Origin: Polaribacter sp.
GTDB lineage: Bacteria > Bacteroidota > Bacteroidia > Flavobacteriales > Flavobacteriaceae
Direction of reading: 5' to 3'
DNA: 35,610 nt
Assembly (NCBI GenBank): GCA_051276605.1
Contig: JBNMNZ010000001.1
Coordinates: forward strand, 1 to 35,610
The translations under genes and the position numbers were made by a program. Below, one piece after another: positions 18,837 through 28,482 of the stretch (position 1 is its first letter; the number at the start of each line of letters is the position of its first letter). The notes beneath the pieces were generated by a model that was not told where the DNA came from, made no database searches, and was given only the letters and a program-made list of their open reading frames with translations.

Positions 18837-19084
18837 TGAGTTTTATAGAGAAAATTAAAAACCCAATTTTTTGGTCTAACTTTTTTAAAGTTGTGATTCC
18901 TTTTTTTATAGTGGTTACTTTATTTTCATTGTTTATGAATAGTTGGAGAGAAATTTTTGCAGGTGATTTTATAAAAGTTTCTGAAACTAATTTTAGTGAT
19001 GGAAAATGGAAGAACTTTTGGGGAATAAAACTATTTATTAGTGCTCTTTATGGTTTATATATTACCAATAAAAATATGAAGTAA
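18836..19084 (+). CDS. Small hypothetical membrane protein (2 TM)
   Basis: 82 aa with two hydrophobic segments; TAATG coupling to the upstream gene; followed by a terminator. Confidence 0.75.
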   Translation: MSFIEKIKNPIFWSNFFKVVIPFFIVVTLFSLFMNSWREIFAGDFIKVSETNFSDGKWKNFWGIKLFISALYGLYITNKNMK

Positions 19085-19085
19085 T

Positions 19086-19117
19086 AAAAAACAGCGACTT
19101 TTAAGTCGCTATTTTTT
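19086..19117. terminator. Bidirectional rho-independent terminator
   Basis: AGCGACTT-TT-AAGTCGCT hairpin at 19093-19110, flanked by an A-run and a T-run, between convergent genes. Confidence 0.88.
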
Positions 19118-19135
19118 AGTTTTTCTAATATTGAT

Positions 19136-22100
19136 TTAATCCAACTGAATCAAATCAATATTACTTTCTTTTACTTTTTGATTGAGCTCTTTTATGCCAG
19201 AATCAAAAAGCGAATACAAGTTTTTTAATTCAAGATCTATATCCTTTACAATATCATTTTTAAAATCGATTGCTTGTTGTGTAGGTGCATAGTTTCCAAT
19301 TCTTGTTAAAGAATTTAGATGCGCTAACTTGTTATTTAATCGAATAGGGAAATTCAAAGGATCTTGTCCACTCTTAGATTTTGTTTGATACAATGCTTCT
19401 TCAATTTTCGTCATATCTTTTACCAAAGCATCTGCAAATTCTAATAACGCTTTGTGTGTTTCTGTATCTTTAACAGCTTTCTTTAAAACACCAACTTGAC
19501 CTCTAATTTTTTGTACATTTTTTAAAGCTTGATGAATCTCTGTCATTTTTTTATTGATATCGTTGATAAAATCAAACTGAGCTTTCATTTCACTTTCTGT
19601 AACTTCAGAAACAGAATTTCTTAAAATATTAAAACGTTGTGTTTCTTTTGTATCATTCACTGTCAATTCAACTTTATAGTTGCCTGGTAAAGCCATCGGT
19701 CCATTTAATGAAGCCCACCACAAAATCATATCTTTTACAGGTTCTGCTCCTGGATGCATCATATCCCAATTAAAAATGTTGTTTCCATCGGCGACTTTTA
19801 ATTTTTCTTCCTTTTTTTCTTTGTCAGGTTTTGTAGTGTATTTTTTGATCAAATTATCGTTTGCATCATAAAAAGAGAGTGCAATCGTATCTTTTTCGTT
19901 TTCTTTTTTGATGAAATAATTTATAGCAACGCCACCTGCATGATTTGTTCCTGACGTTCTAGAAGTTCTACCCTTTCCGCCAGATAAATTATAAGCATCT
20001 TTAGGTTTGTATAAAACAACTTTTTTCTTTAAAGTTGATGCGTTTAGTTGATGCAAAGGAGTTAAGTCGTCAATAATCCAAAGAGAACGTCCTTGGGTTG
20101 CGGCAATTAAATTATCATCTTTAATCGCTAAATCTGTAATAGGTACAATTGGTAAATTTTGTTTGAATGATTGCCAGTTTTTTCCGTCATCAAAAGAAAT
20201 GTACATGCCTCTTTCTGTACCGGCATATAACAACCCTTTCCTTTTTGGATCAGCTCTTAAAGCTCTTGTAAAATCTTCCTCTGCAATTCCGTTTGTAATT
20301 TTCTCCCAAGATTTTCCATAGTTTTCTGTCTTGTAGATGTATGGTTTGTAGTCTCCAGATTTATATTTTGTTCCTACAATGTATGCTCCACCTTTAGTAA
20401 AAGGATCAACCTCAATACAGTTGATCATCATCCATTCTGGTATTTTCTTAGGAGTAATATTGTCCCAAGTTGCGCCATTATTTTTACTGATATGTACTAA
20501 TCCGTCATCAGAACCTGTCCAAATTAAACCCGATTCGAAAGCAGATTCTGTTGCTGCAAAAATAGTTCCATAATATTCAACTCCGGTATTATCTTGCGTA
20601 ATTGGTCCACCAGAAGAACTTAGGGTTTTTGGATCATTTCTTGTTAAATCAGGACTGATTATTTCCCAAGATTGCCCTTCATTTTCTGTTACATGCAAAT
20701 GATTAGAAGCTGCATATAATTTCTTTTTATTATTTGGGGAAAAGAAAATTGGAAAATTCCATTGAAAACGATATTTAAAATCTTCAGCACCATGACCCAT
20801 TGGGTCGTCCGGCCATACATTGATAGCCCGAGTTTCATTCGTTTTATGATTTTTTCTAGTCAGTAAACCTCCATAACTTCCACCATATACAATATCATCG
20901 TTTAAAGGATCTACAGCAATATGCGCACTTTCACCACCAGCAGTGGATGTCCAATCAGATTCTTTAATAAACCTTCCAGAAGTTCTGTGAGGAATTCTTA
21001 CCGTAGAATTGTCTTGTTGGGCTGCTAAAATTCGATACGGAAAATGATTATCTGTAGTAACTCTGTAAAATTGCGAAGTTGGCTGATTCATATAGGTACT
21101 CCAATTTTCACCAGCGTCAAAAGAAATTTGTGCACCGCCATCATCACCTATAATCATTCTTTGATTATCTTCTGGAGCAATCCATAAATCATGATGATCT
21201 CCATGAGGAGCATTGTATGTTTTATAGGTTTTTCCGCCATCCGTAGATTTATGATAACGTACATTTAATACATATAAAATGTCTTCATCTTGTGTGTCTG
21301 CGTAAATACGAGTATAATACCAAGCTCTTTGACGTAATTTACGTTCAGAATTGATTAATTTCCAGGTTTCACCAGCATCCGTAGATTTGTAAATGCCACC
21401 TTTTTCATTTTCAATTAATGCCCAAACAATATCAGAATTTACAGGCGAAACAGTAACGCCGCTAATTCCCCAGATTCCTTTCGGTAAACCTTTATGTTCA
21501 GAAATATTATTCCAAGTATCACCACCATCTATACTTTTATAAATGGCAGAACCTTCTCCGCCAGAAGATAAACTATAAGGAGTTCTTCTAACGTCCCAAG
21601 TTGTGGCATATAAAATTCTTGGATTATTTGGGTTAATTATTAAATCAATTGCGCCAGAATTTTCATCAGAAAATAAAACACGTTTCCAGTTTTCTCCGCC
21701 ATCGACAGATTTGTAAACACCTCTTTCTTGCGTAGGTTTGTACAAATCACCTAAAACTGCAGCAAAAACAATGTTAGCATTTTTTGGATGAATTCTCATT
21801 CTAGGAATATGTCTTGAGTTTTTTAAACCCATATGTTTCCAAGTTTTACCAGCGTTTTCAGATTTCCAGATTCCATCTCCAGAAGAAACATTTCCACGAA
21901 CTGTTTTTTCGCCCATTCCAACATATATTACATTATTATCAGATTCTGAAACAGCAACAGCACCTACTGAGCCACCAAAAAATCCATCAGAAATATTCTG
22001 CCAAGTACCACCTGCGTCATTTGTTTTCCATACTCCACCACCAGTGGAGCCCATATAAAATAAGTTTGCTTTACCAGAAACACCAGTTACAGCAGCACTT

Positions 22101-22243
22101 CTGCCTCCTCTAAAAGGGCCAATATTCCGCCATTCGACAGCGCTAAAATATTCTTCAGAAAATTTGGTAGAATTATTTTGTGCATTAACTTTGGCACTAG
22201 ATAAAAAAAATAAGCCAACTACTAGAAATAAATATTTTTTCAT
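19136..22243 (-). CDS. Exported BNR/Asp-box (VPS10/sortilin-like) beta-propeller protein, putative glycosyl hydrolase
   Basis: Signal peptide (VNA-Q), WRNIGPFRGGR, about 11 SxDxGxTW-like Asp-boxes, HGDHH, YRFQWNFP, helical C-terminus. Confidence 0.88.
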   Translation of the reverse strand: MKKYLFLVVGLFFLSSAKVNAQNNSTKFSEEYFSAVEWRNIGPFRGGRSAAVTGVSGKANLFYMGSTGGGVWKTNDAGGTWQNISDGFFGGSVGAVAVSESDNNVIYVGMGEKTVRGNVSSGDGIWKSENAGKTWKHMGLKNSRHIPRMRIHPKNANIVFAAVLGDLYKPTQERGVYKSVDGGENWKRVLFSDENSGAIDLIINPNNPRILYATTWDVRRTPYSLSSGGEGSAIYKSIDGGDTWNNISEHKGLPKGIWGISGVTVSPVNSDIVWALIENEKGGIYKSTDAGETWKLINSERKLRQRAWYYTRIYADTQDEDILYVLNVRYHKSTDGGKTYKTYNAPHGDHHDLWIAPEDNQRMIIGDDGGAQISFDAGENWSTYMNQPTSQFYRVTTDNHFPYRILAAQQDNSTVRIPHRTSGRFIKESDWTSTAGGESAHIAVDPLNDDIVYGGSYGGLLTRKNHKTNETRAINVWPDDPMGHGAEDFKYRFQWNFPIFFSPNNKKKLYAASNHLHVTENEGQSWEIISPDLTRNDPKTLSSSGGPITQDNTGVEYYGTIFAATESAFESGLIWTGSDDGLVHISKNNGATWDNITPKKIPEWMMINCIEVDPFTKGGAYIVGTKYKSGDYKPYIYKTENYGKSWEKITNGIAEEDFTRALRADPKRKGLLYAGTERGMYISFDDGKNWQSFKQNLPIVPITDLAIKDDNLIAATQGRSLWIIDDLTPLHQLNASTLKKKVVLYKPKDAYNLSGGKGRTSRTSGTNHAGGVAINYFIKKENEKDTIALSFYDANDNLIKKYTTKPDKEKKEEKLKVADGNNIFNWDMMHPGAEPVKDMILWWASLNGPMALPGNYKVELTVNDTKETQRFNILRNSVSEVTESEMKAQFDFINDINKKMTEIHQALKNVQKIRGQVGVLKKAVKDTETHKALLEFADALVKDMTKIEEALYQTKSKSGQDPLNFPIRLNNKLAHLNSLTRIGNYAPTQQAIDFKNDIVKDIDLELKNLYSLFDSGIKELNQKVKESNIDLIQLD

Positions 22244-22308
22244 AAGTGATTCGTTTAATTTTAAGAAGTTAAAAATAAGAAATTTTAATTTGTTTACAGG
22301 TTTACAGA

Positions 22309-23538
22309 ATGGATATACTATTAAATGCTTTAGAGGATAAAAAAATAAACGAGAAAATCACCATTTCTGGTTCTAAAAGTGAATCTAATAGGTTGTTGAT
22401 TCTTCAAAAATTATTTCCACAGATTTTAATTGAAAATTTATCAGATTCTGATGATTCTGTTCACTTGCAACATGCACTTTCTACTAAAGACGAAAGGGTA
22501 GATATTGGTCATGCAGGAACTGCAATGCGTTTTTTAACATCCTATTTTGCTGTTAATGAAGGTAGAGAAACAATATTAACAGGCTCTGATAGGATGCAAA
22601 ACAGACCTATTGAAATTTTAGTAAATGCCTTAAATAATTTAGGTGCAACGATTTCTTATGAAGATAAATTTGGGTATCCACCAATAAGAATTAAAGGAAC
22701 AAAAATTATAAAAGATAAGGTTCAAATAAATGGAAATGTAAGTAGTCAATACATTTCTTCATTGTTATTAATTGCTTCAAAATTAGAAAATGGTTTAGAA
22801 ATTGAGCTTTTAGGTGCTATTACTTCTATTCCTTATATAAACATGACTTTGAGTTTGTTAAGGCAATTAGGCATCGAAAATAAATTTGAAGGGAATTTTA
22901 TTAAAGTGTTTCCGAAAAAAGAAATCGAGAAACAAACTGTTGTTGTTGAATCTGACTGGAGTTCTGCAAGTTATTTTTATTCAATAATTGCATTGTCGAA
23001 TATTGGTTCAGAAATTACTTTATCAGCTTACAAAAAAGAAAGTTTACAAGGAGATTCTTGTTTGGCCGAAATTTACCAACATTTTGGTGTGGAAACTATT
23101 TTTGGTGAGAATTTTATCACGCTAAGAAAAGAAAAAGAAAGCAATAAAGAAGTTTTAGAAATAGATTTAAAAAATGCGCCAGATATCGCACAAACTATTG
23201 CTGTAACTTGTTTTGCTGAAAGTGTTGCGTGTAGTTTATCGGGTTTACATACTCTAAAAATTAAAGAGACGGATAGATTGATCGCTCTACAAGATGAACT
23301 AACTAATTTAGGAGCGACTATATCTGTAACAGATACTAGTTTACATTTAGAGAAATCCTTAAAAATCAATAAAAACATTGCTATTAAAACATACAAGGAT
23401 CATAGAATGGCTATGGCTTTTGCACCTTTGGCATTGTTGGTTCCTATCAAAATATTAGATGCTGAAGTTGTTACAAAATCATACCAAAAATTTTGGGATG
23501 ATATGCAGCAAATAGGTATTATAATTAACGAACTTTAA
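22309..23538 (+). CDS. aroA: 3-phosphoshikimate 1-carboxyvinyltransferase
   Basis: GSKSESNR, AGTAMRF, SSQYIS, ESDWSSASY, KETDR, DHRMAM. Confidence 0.97.
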   Translation: MDILLNALEDKKINEKITISGSKSESNRLLILQKLFPQILIENLSDSDDSVHLQHALSTKDERVDIGHAGTAMRFLTSYFAVNEGRETILTGSDRMQNRPIEILVNALNNLGATISYEDKFGYPPIRIKGTKIIKDKVQINGNVSSQYISSLLLIASKLENGLEIELLGAITSIPYINMTLSLLRQLGIENKFEGNFIKVFPKKEIEKQTVVVESDWSSASYFYSIIALSNIGSEITLSAYKKESLQGDSCLAEIYQHFGVETIFGENFITLRKEKESNKEVLEIDLKNAPDIAQTIAVTCFAESVACSLSGLHTLKIKETDRLIALQDELTNLGATISVTDTSLHLEKSLKINKNIAIKTYKDHRMAMAFAPLALLVPIKILDAEVVTKSYQKFWDDMQQIGIIINEL

Positions 23539-23556
23539 AGATAAACAGTCAAACAC

Positions 23557-23588
23557 TTGACAACGCCTATTTCGATATCGTATATTTG
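23557..23588 (+). promoter_or_regulatory. queA promoter (-33 and -7 elements)
   Basis: TTGACA at 23557-23562 and TATATTTG at 23581-23588. Confidence 0.8.
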
Positions 23589-23612
23589 CCGCTTTTATAG
23601 CTAAATACACAT

Positions 23613-24662
23613 ATGAAATTATCACACTTTGAATTTGACCTGCCAGAAGAATTGTTAGCAATATATCCTGCAGAACATAGAGACGAATCTCGTTTAATGG
23701 TTTTAAATAGAAAAGAGCAAACTATAGAACACAAAACGTTTAAGGATGTTATAAGTTACTTTGAAGAAGGTGATGTTATGATGTTAAACAATACCAAAGT
23801 TTTTCCTGCCAGAATGTTTGGAAACAAAGAAAAAACTGGTGCTAGAATTGAAGTTTTCTTATTAAGAGAACTAAATGCGGAGAACAGATTATGGGATGTT
23901 TTGGTCGATCCTGCTAGAAAAATTAGAATTGGAAATAAATTATTTTTTGGTGAAGATGACAGTCTAGTTGCAGAAGTTATAGATAATACAACTTCTAGAG
24001 GAAGGACTTTACGTTTTTTGTTTGATGGAAGTTATGAAGCTTTTAGAGAAAAATTATTAGAATTAGGAGAAACTCCTTTGCCCAAAGCGATCAATAGAGA
24101 AGTAGAAGCTTCTGATAAAGATCGTTACCAAACTATTTATGCAAAGCACGAAGGTGCAGTTGCAGCTCCATCTGCAGGTTTGCATTTTTCTAAACATTTA
24201 TTAAAACGTTTAGAAATTAAAGGAATTGATTTTGCTGAAATGACATTGCATATTGGATTAGGAACTTTTAGTCCTGTCGAAGTAGAAGATTTATCTAAGC
24301 ATAAAATGGATTCTGAACAGATTGTTATTTCTGCTGCTACTGCAGATAAAATTAATCAAGCAAAAAAGGAAAAAAGAAGAATCTGTGCAGTAGGTACAAC
24401 TGTAATGAGAACTATAGAATCTTCAGTTTCATCGAAACAAGAGTTAAATGGTTTTGAAGGTTGGACAAATAAGTTTATTTTTCCTCCTTTTGAGTTTAGT
24501 ATTGCAAATGCAATGATCACAAATTTACATCAACCAAAATCTACACTAATGATGCAGGCAGCTGCTTTTGCTGGGTATGATTTTTTAATGGAAGCGTATA
24601 AAGTAGCCATAAAAGAGAAATATAAATTCTCTACCTACGGAGACGCGATGTTAATAATATAA
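23613..24662 (+). CDS. queA: SAM:tRNA ribosyltransferase-isomerase
   Basis: [49 protein letters not shown]. Confidence 0.96.
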   Translation: MKLSHFEFDLPEELLAIYPAEHRDESRLMVLNRKEQTIEHKTFKDVISYFEEGDVMMLNNTKVFPARMFGNKEKTGARIEVFLLRELNAENRLWDVLVDPARKIRIGNKLFFGEDDSLVAEVIDNTTSRGRTLRFLFDGSYEAFREKLLELGETPLPKAINREVEASDKDRYQTIYAKHEGAVAAPSAGLHFSKHLLKRLEIKGIDFAEMTLHIGLGTFSPVEVEDLSKHKMDSEQIVISAATADKINQAKKEKRRICAVGTTVMRTIESSVSSKQELNGFEGWTNKFIFPPFEFSIANAMITNLHQPKSTLMMQAAAFAGYDFLMEAYKVAIKEKYKFSTYGDAMLII

Positions 24663-24684
24663 TTCAATTTTTTTATTGAAAACA

Positions 24685-24721
24685 AAAACCTCACAAGTTT
24701 CTTGTGAGGTTTTGTATTTTT
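24685..24721 (+). terminator. Rho-independent terminator after queA
   Basis: AAAACCTCACAAG-TTT-CTTGTGAGGTTTT perfect inverted repeat followed by a T-rich tail. Confidence 0.85.
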
Positions 24722-24728
24722 GCACAAT

Positions 24729-25772
24729 ATGGAAGTAAAGAAGAAAGACATACGAGCCTTAACCAAAGAGCAATTACGTGATTTTTTTGTTGAAAATGGC
24801 GATAAAGCTTTTCGTGGAAATCAAGTTTATGAATGGCTTTGGAGTAAGTCGTTGCATACTTTTGAGGCCATGACTAATATTTCGAAAGAAACTAGAGAAA
24901 TGTTAGAATCAAACTTTGTAATCAATCACATTAAGGTTGATTCCATGCAAAAAAGTAATGATGGTACGATTAAAAATGGTATAAGATTACACGATGGTTT
25001 AATTGTTGAATCTGTTTTAATACCTACAGATAAGAGAACAACAGCCTGTGTTTCTAGTCAAGTTGGGTGTAGTTTAGATTGCAAATTCTGTGCAACTTCA
25101 CGTTTAAAAAGGATGCGTAATTTAAATCCGGATGAAATTTATGATCAAGTTGTTGTTATAGACAAGCAAAGTCGATTGTACTTTAATCATAAATTAACAA
25201 ATATTGTTTTTATGGGAATGGGAGAACCATTAATGAACTACAAAAATGTTATTAAATCGATAGAAATGATAACATCTCCTGAAGGTTTAGGAATGTCATC
25301 AAAAAGAATAACAGTTTCTACATCTGGAGTGCCAAAAATGATAAAAATGATGGCAGATGAAGACGTTAAATTCAATTTAGCTGTTTCTTTACATTCTGCT
25401 ATTGATGAAGTTAGAACGTCAATAATGCCATTTAATGCTACTTTTCCGTTAAAAGATTTACGTGAATCTTTAGAATATTGGTATGAAAAGACAAGCCGTG
25501 CAATTACCTATGAGTATATTGTTTGGGATGGAATTAATGATAGAAAAGAAGATATAAAGGCGTTAGTTGAATTTTGTAAAGCGGTGCCTTGTAAAATTAA
25601 TTTAATAGAATACAACCCTATTGATGATGGTGAGTTTCAACAAGCAAGTTCATCTGCCATAAATAATTATATTTCTAATCTAGAGATGCATGACATTACT
25701 GTAAATGTAAGAAGAAGTAGAGGTAAAGACATTGATGCTGCTTGTGGTCAATTGGCTAATAAAGAAGCGTAG
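24729..25772 (+). CDS. rlmN: 23S rRNA m2A2503/tRNA m2A37 radical SAM methyltransferase
   Basis: VSSQVGCSLDCKFC (CxxxCxxC), MGMGEP, SLH, DIDAACGQL. The ATG at 24729 is preferred. Confidence 0.97.
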   Translation: MEVKKKDIRALTKEQLRDFFVENGDKAFRGNQVYEWLWSKSLHTFEAMTNISKETREMLESNFVINHIKVDSMQKSNDGTIKNGIRLHDGLIVESVLIPTDKRTTACVSSQVGCSLDCKFCATSRLKRMRNLNPDEIYDQVVVIDKQSRLYFNHKLTNIVFMGMGEPLMNYKNVIKSIEMITSPEGLGMSSKRITVSTSGVPKMIKMMADEDVKFNLAVSLHSAIDEVRTSIMPFNATFPLKDLRESLEYWYEKTSRAITYEYIVWDGINDRKEDIKALVEFCKAVPCKINLIEYNPIDDGEFQQASSSAINNYISNLEMHDITVNVRRSRGKDIDAACGQLANKEA

Positions 25773-25933
25773 TTCAATAATACGAAATTTACAGGTTCTC
25801 ACTAGTTTGTGAAAAATATTTAGATTTTTTTCTTTTTATAATAGAATTTATTTGTGTTAATTAAGTTAGTGTCTTATTTTATAATTTTAAATACGAACCT
25901 ATTGATCTTGCTCAAGCTCATAAGTTAAAAATC

Positions 25934-26911
25934 ATGAAAACAGTAGAACTTATAAAACATCCTATTAAAAGTGAGATGGAGCTCTTTGAAAAAAAGTTCA
26001 AAGATTCCATGCTTTCTAAAGTTCCGTTATTAAACAGGATTACTTATTATATTGTTCGTAGAAAAGGAAAACAAATGCGTCCAATGTTTGTTTTTTTGGT
26101 AGCTAAAATGGTTTCTGATGGTGGTTTTGATGAACGAACCTATAGAGGAGCTTCTGTTGTCGAATTAATTCACACGGCAACTTTAGTGCATGATGATGTT
26201 GTAGATGATAGTAATAGAAGACGAGGTTTTTTCTCTGTAAATGCACTCTGGAAGAATAAAATTGCCGTTTTAGTGGGTGATTTTTTATTGTCTAAGGGGT
26301 TGCTTTTATCAATAGATAATGAGGATTTTGATTTGCTAAAATTAATTTCTATTGCAGTTCGGGAGATGAGTGAAGGCGAATTACTTCAAATAGAAAAAGC
26401 AAGAAAATTAGACATTACAGAAGATATTTATTTTGAGATTATCCGTCAGAAAACAGCAACTTTAATAGCTGCTTGTTGTAGTATAGGAGCTGCTTCTGTT
26501 GGTGCGAATCAAGAAACTATTCAGCAAATGCGAAAATTTGGAGAGTACATCGGTATTGCTTTTCAAATAAAAGATGATTTATTCGATTATACAGATGATA
26601 AAATTGGAAAACCTACAGGAATTGATATCAAAGAGCAAAAAATGACGCTGCCATTAATTCATACTCTAAATACTTGTTCAAAAAAAGACAAAAGTTGGAT
26701 TATCAACTCAATAAAGAAACACAATAAAGATAATAAACGTGTTAAAGAAGTAATTGCTTTTGTAAAAGAGAATGGAGGTATAGAGTATACTACAAATAGA
26801 ATGCTAGACTACAAAAACAAAGCTTTAGTTATTCTAGAAAACTACCCAGCATCACCTTATAAAAGTTCTTTATTAGAGATGATTAACTATGTGGTAGAAC
26901 GAGATATTTAG
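25934..26911 (+). CDS. Trans-polyprenyl diphosphate synthase (IspB-like, menaquinone side chain)
   Basis: GKQMRP, LVHDDVVD..RRG, QKTA, FQIKDDLFD, GKPTG. Confidence 0.93.
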   Translation: MKTVELIKHPIKSEMELFEKKFKDSMLSKVPLLNRITYYIVRRKGKQMRPMFVFLVAKMVSDGGFDERTYRGASVVELIHTATLVHDDVVDDSNRRRGFFSVNALWKNKIAVLVGDFLLSKGLLLSIDNEDFDLLKLISIAVREMSEGELLQIEKARKLDITEDIYFEIIRQKTATLIAACCSIGAASVGANQETIQQMRKFGEYIGIAFQIKDDLFDYTDDKIGKPTGIDIKEQKMTLPLIHTLNTCSKKDKSWIINSIKKHNKDNKRVKEVIAFVKENGGIEYTTNRMLDYKNKALVILENYPASPYKSSLLEMINYVVERDI

Positions 26912-26914
26912 TTT

Positions 26915-28423
26915 TTACAGTTCTAAAAGTTCCTCTACGAAATCTCTAGAATTAGATAATCTAGGTATTTTATGTTGTCCACCTAATTTGCCTTTTTTCT
27001 TTAACCAATCATAAAATAAACCCTCTCTTGCAACATGAATTTTAGGCATAGCTAATGCCATAGAATTGTAACGTTTTGCTTCATAATCAGAATTGATAGA
27101 CTTTAATGCATTGTCTAAAATTTCTGTAAAATAGTCCATACTTTTAGGTTTTTTTTCAAATTCAATAACCCATTGATGTCCACCATTTTTCTTTCCTTCC
27201 ATAAAAATAGGACCAACAGTATATTCTTTAATATTTGCTTTGGTTTTTTCACATGCTAGTCTTAACGCATCTTCTGCATTTTCTATAATTAACTCTTCAC
27301 CAAAGACATTAATATGATGTTTTGTTCTTCCAGTAATTTTAATCCGATATGGATCTAAAGAAGTAAATTTAATAGTATCACCAATTAAATAACGCCATAA
27401 ACCACTATTTGTAGTAATAATTAAAGCATAATCAATATTCTTTTTTACTTCTGATAAAGAAATTGCTATAGAACTTTCTCCTTTGTAGGAGGTCATAGGA
27501 ACAAACTCATAAAAGATGCCGTAATCTAACATCAATAGTAATTCTTTTGAACCATTATCATCTTGAATAGCGAAAAAACCTTCAGAGGCATTATAGGTTT
27601 CATAATACTGAAAACCCTTTTTAGGAATTAGTTTTTTATACTGTTCTCTATAAGGATTAAAGTTTACGCCTCCATGAAAATAAACTTCCAGGTTTGGCCA
27701 AACTTCTAAAATATTATCTTTTCCTGTTCGTTCTAAAACTCTGTTTAATAAAACCAACATCCAACTTGGTACACCGATTAAACTAGTAATATTTTCATCA
27801 ATTGTTTCATCAATAATAGCCTCCATTTTGGTTTCCCATTCAGCCATTAAAGCAACTTCTTGACTCGGAGCAGAACTATAATCTACCCAAAAAGGTAAAT
27901 TTCCTGTAATAATTGCAGACAAATCGCCAAAGTAAGAATTGTTGTCTTTGTAAATTTCAGAACTTCCGCCTAATCTTAAACCTTTACCTGTAAATAACTG
28001 TGTCTCTTCATTATTATTAATGTACAAACACAACATGTCTTTACCAGCTTTTATGTGGCAATATTCTAAAGCCTCATCACTTACAGGGATAAATTTACTT
28101 TTTGCATTTGTAGTTCCGCTAGATTTTGCAAACCATTTTATAGGAGTTGCCCAAAATAAATTTTGTTCGCCCTTTCTGCAGCGTTCAATTAAAGGCTCTA
28201 TACTTTCGTATCTTTGAATAGGCACTTTGTTTGTGAAATCTTTATAATTTTTGATAGATGAGAAATCATGTTCTTCACCAAATTCGGTTCTTTTAGCAGT
28301 GACAACTAGTTTTAATAAAAGTTCTTCTTGCACATCAATAGGGTATTTTAAAAAAAGTTCTATTTGATGTACTCGCTTTTTTAAAAACCAAGAAATTATT
28401 GAATTTACAAAGGGTAAAGCCAT
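26915..28423 (-). CDS. GH3 ('auxin-responsive promoter') family acyl-adenylate/amido synthetase
   Basis: Adenylation motifs SSGTTNAKSKFIP, YNASEG and GLWRYLIGD; C-terminal GQHKIPRL. Confidence 0.9.
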   Translation of the reverse strand: MALPFVNSIISWFLKKRVHQIELFLKYPIDVQEELLLKLVVTAKRTEFGEEHDFSSIKNYKDFTNKVPIQRYESIEPLIERCRKGEQNLFWATPIKWFAKSSGTTNAKSKFIPVSDEALEYCHIKAGKDMLCLYINNNEETQLFTGKGLRLGGSSEIYKDNNSYFGDLSAIITGNLPFWVDYSSAPSQEVALMAEWETKMEAIIDETIDENITSLIGVPSWMLVLLNRVLERTGKDNILEVWPNLEVYFHGGVNFNPYREQYKKLIPKKGFQYYETYNASEGFFAIQDDNGSKELLLMLDYGIFYEFVPMTSYKGESSIAISLSEVKKNIDYALIITTNSGLWRYLIGDTIKFTSLDPYRIKITGRTKHHINVFGEELIIENAEDALRLACEKTKANIKEYTVGPIFMEGKKNGGHQWVIEFEKKPKSMDYFTEILDNALKSINSDYEAKRYNSMALAMPKIHVAREGLFYDWLKKKGKLGGQHKIPRLSNSRDFVEELLEL

Positions 28424-28445
28424 GGATAAAGTTGCGTTTTTTATG

Positions 28446-28453
28446 TAAGTTTG
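28446..28453 (+). promoter_or_regulatory. -7 promoter box for DUF2797 (divergent from GH3)
   Basis: TAAGTTTG. Confidence 0.55.
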
Positions 28454-28482
28454 TTAAAAGCTAAAAATACTAAAATTTGGTT

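Noticed and set aside
18510-19084. MazG-like gene plus 2-TM protein as an anti-phage or toxin-antitoxin pair
   Set aside because: The YpjD-type protein is a common housekeeping enzyme in a core-gene context, with no defence or mobility genes nearby.
19136-22243. Repeated CCATC/CCAAG-like DNA motifs as a CRISPR or DNA repeat array
   Set aside because: They are explained by the protein-level Asp-box repeats; there is no constant repeat-spacer period.
25773-25933. Possible sRNA or riboswitch between rlmN and the polyprenyl synthase
   Set aside because: Only a weak hairpin is present (TTCTCAC...GTGAAAA), with no recognisable aptamer or terminator.
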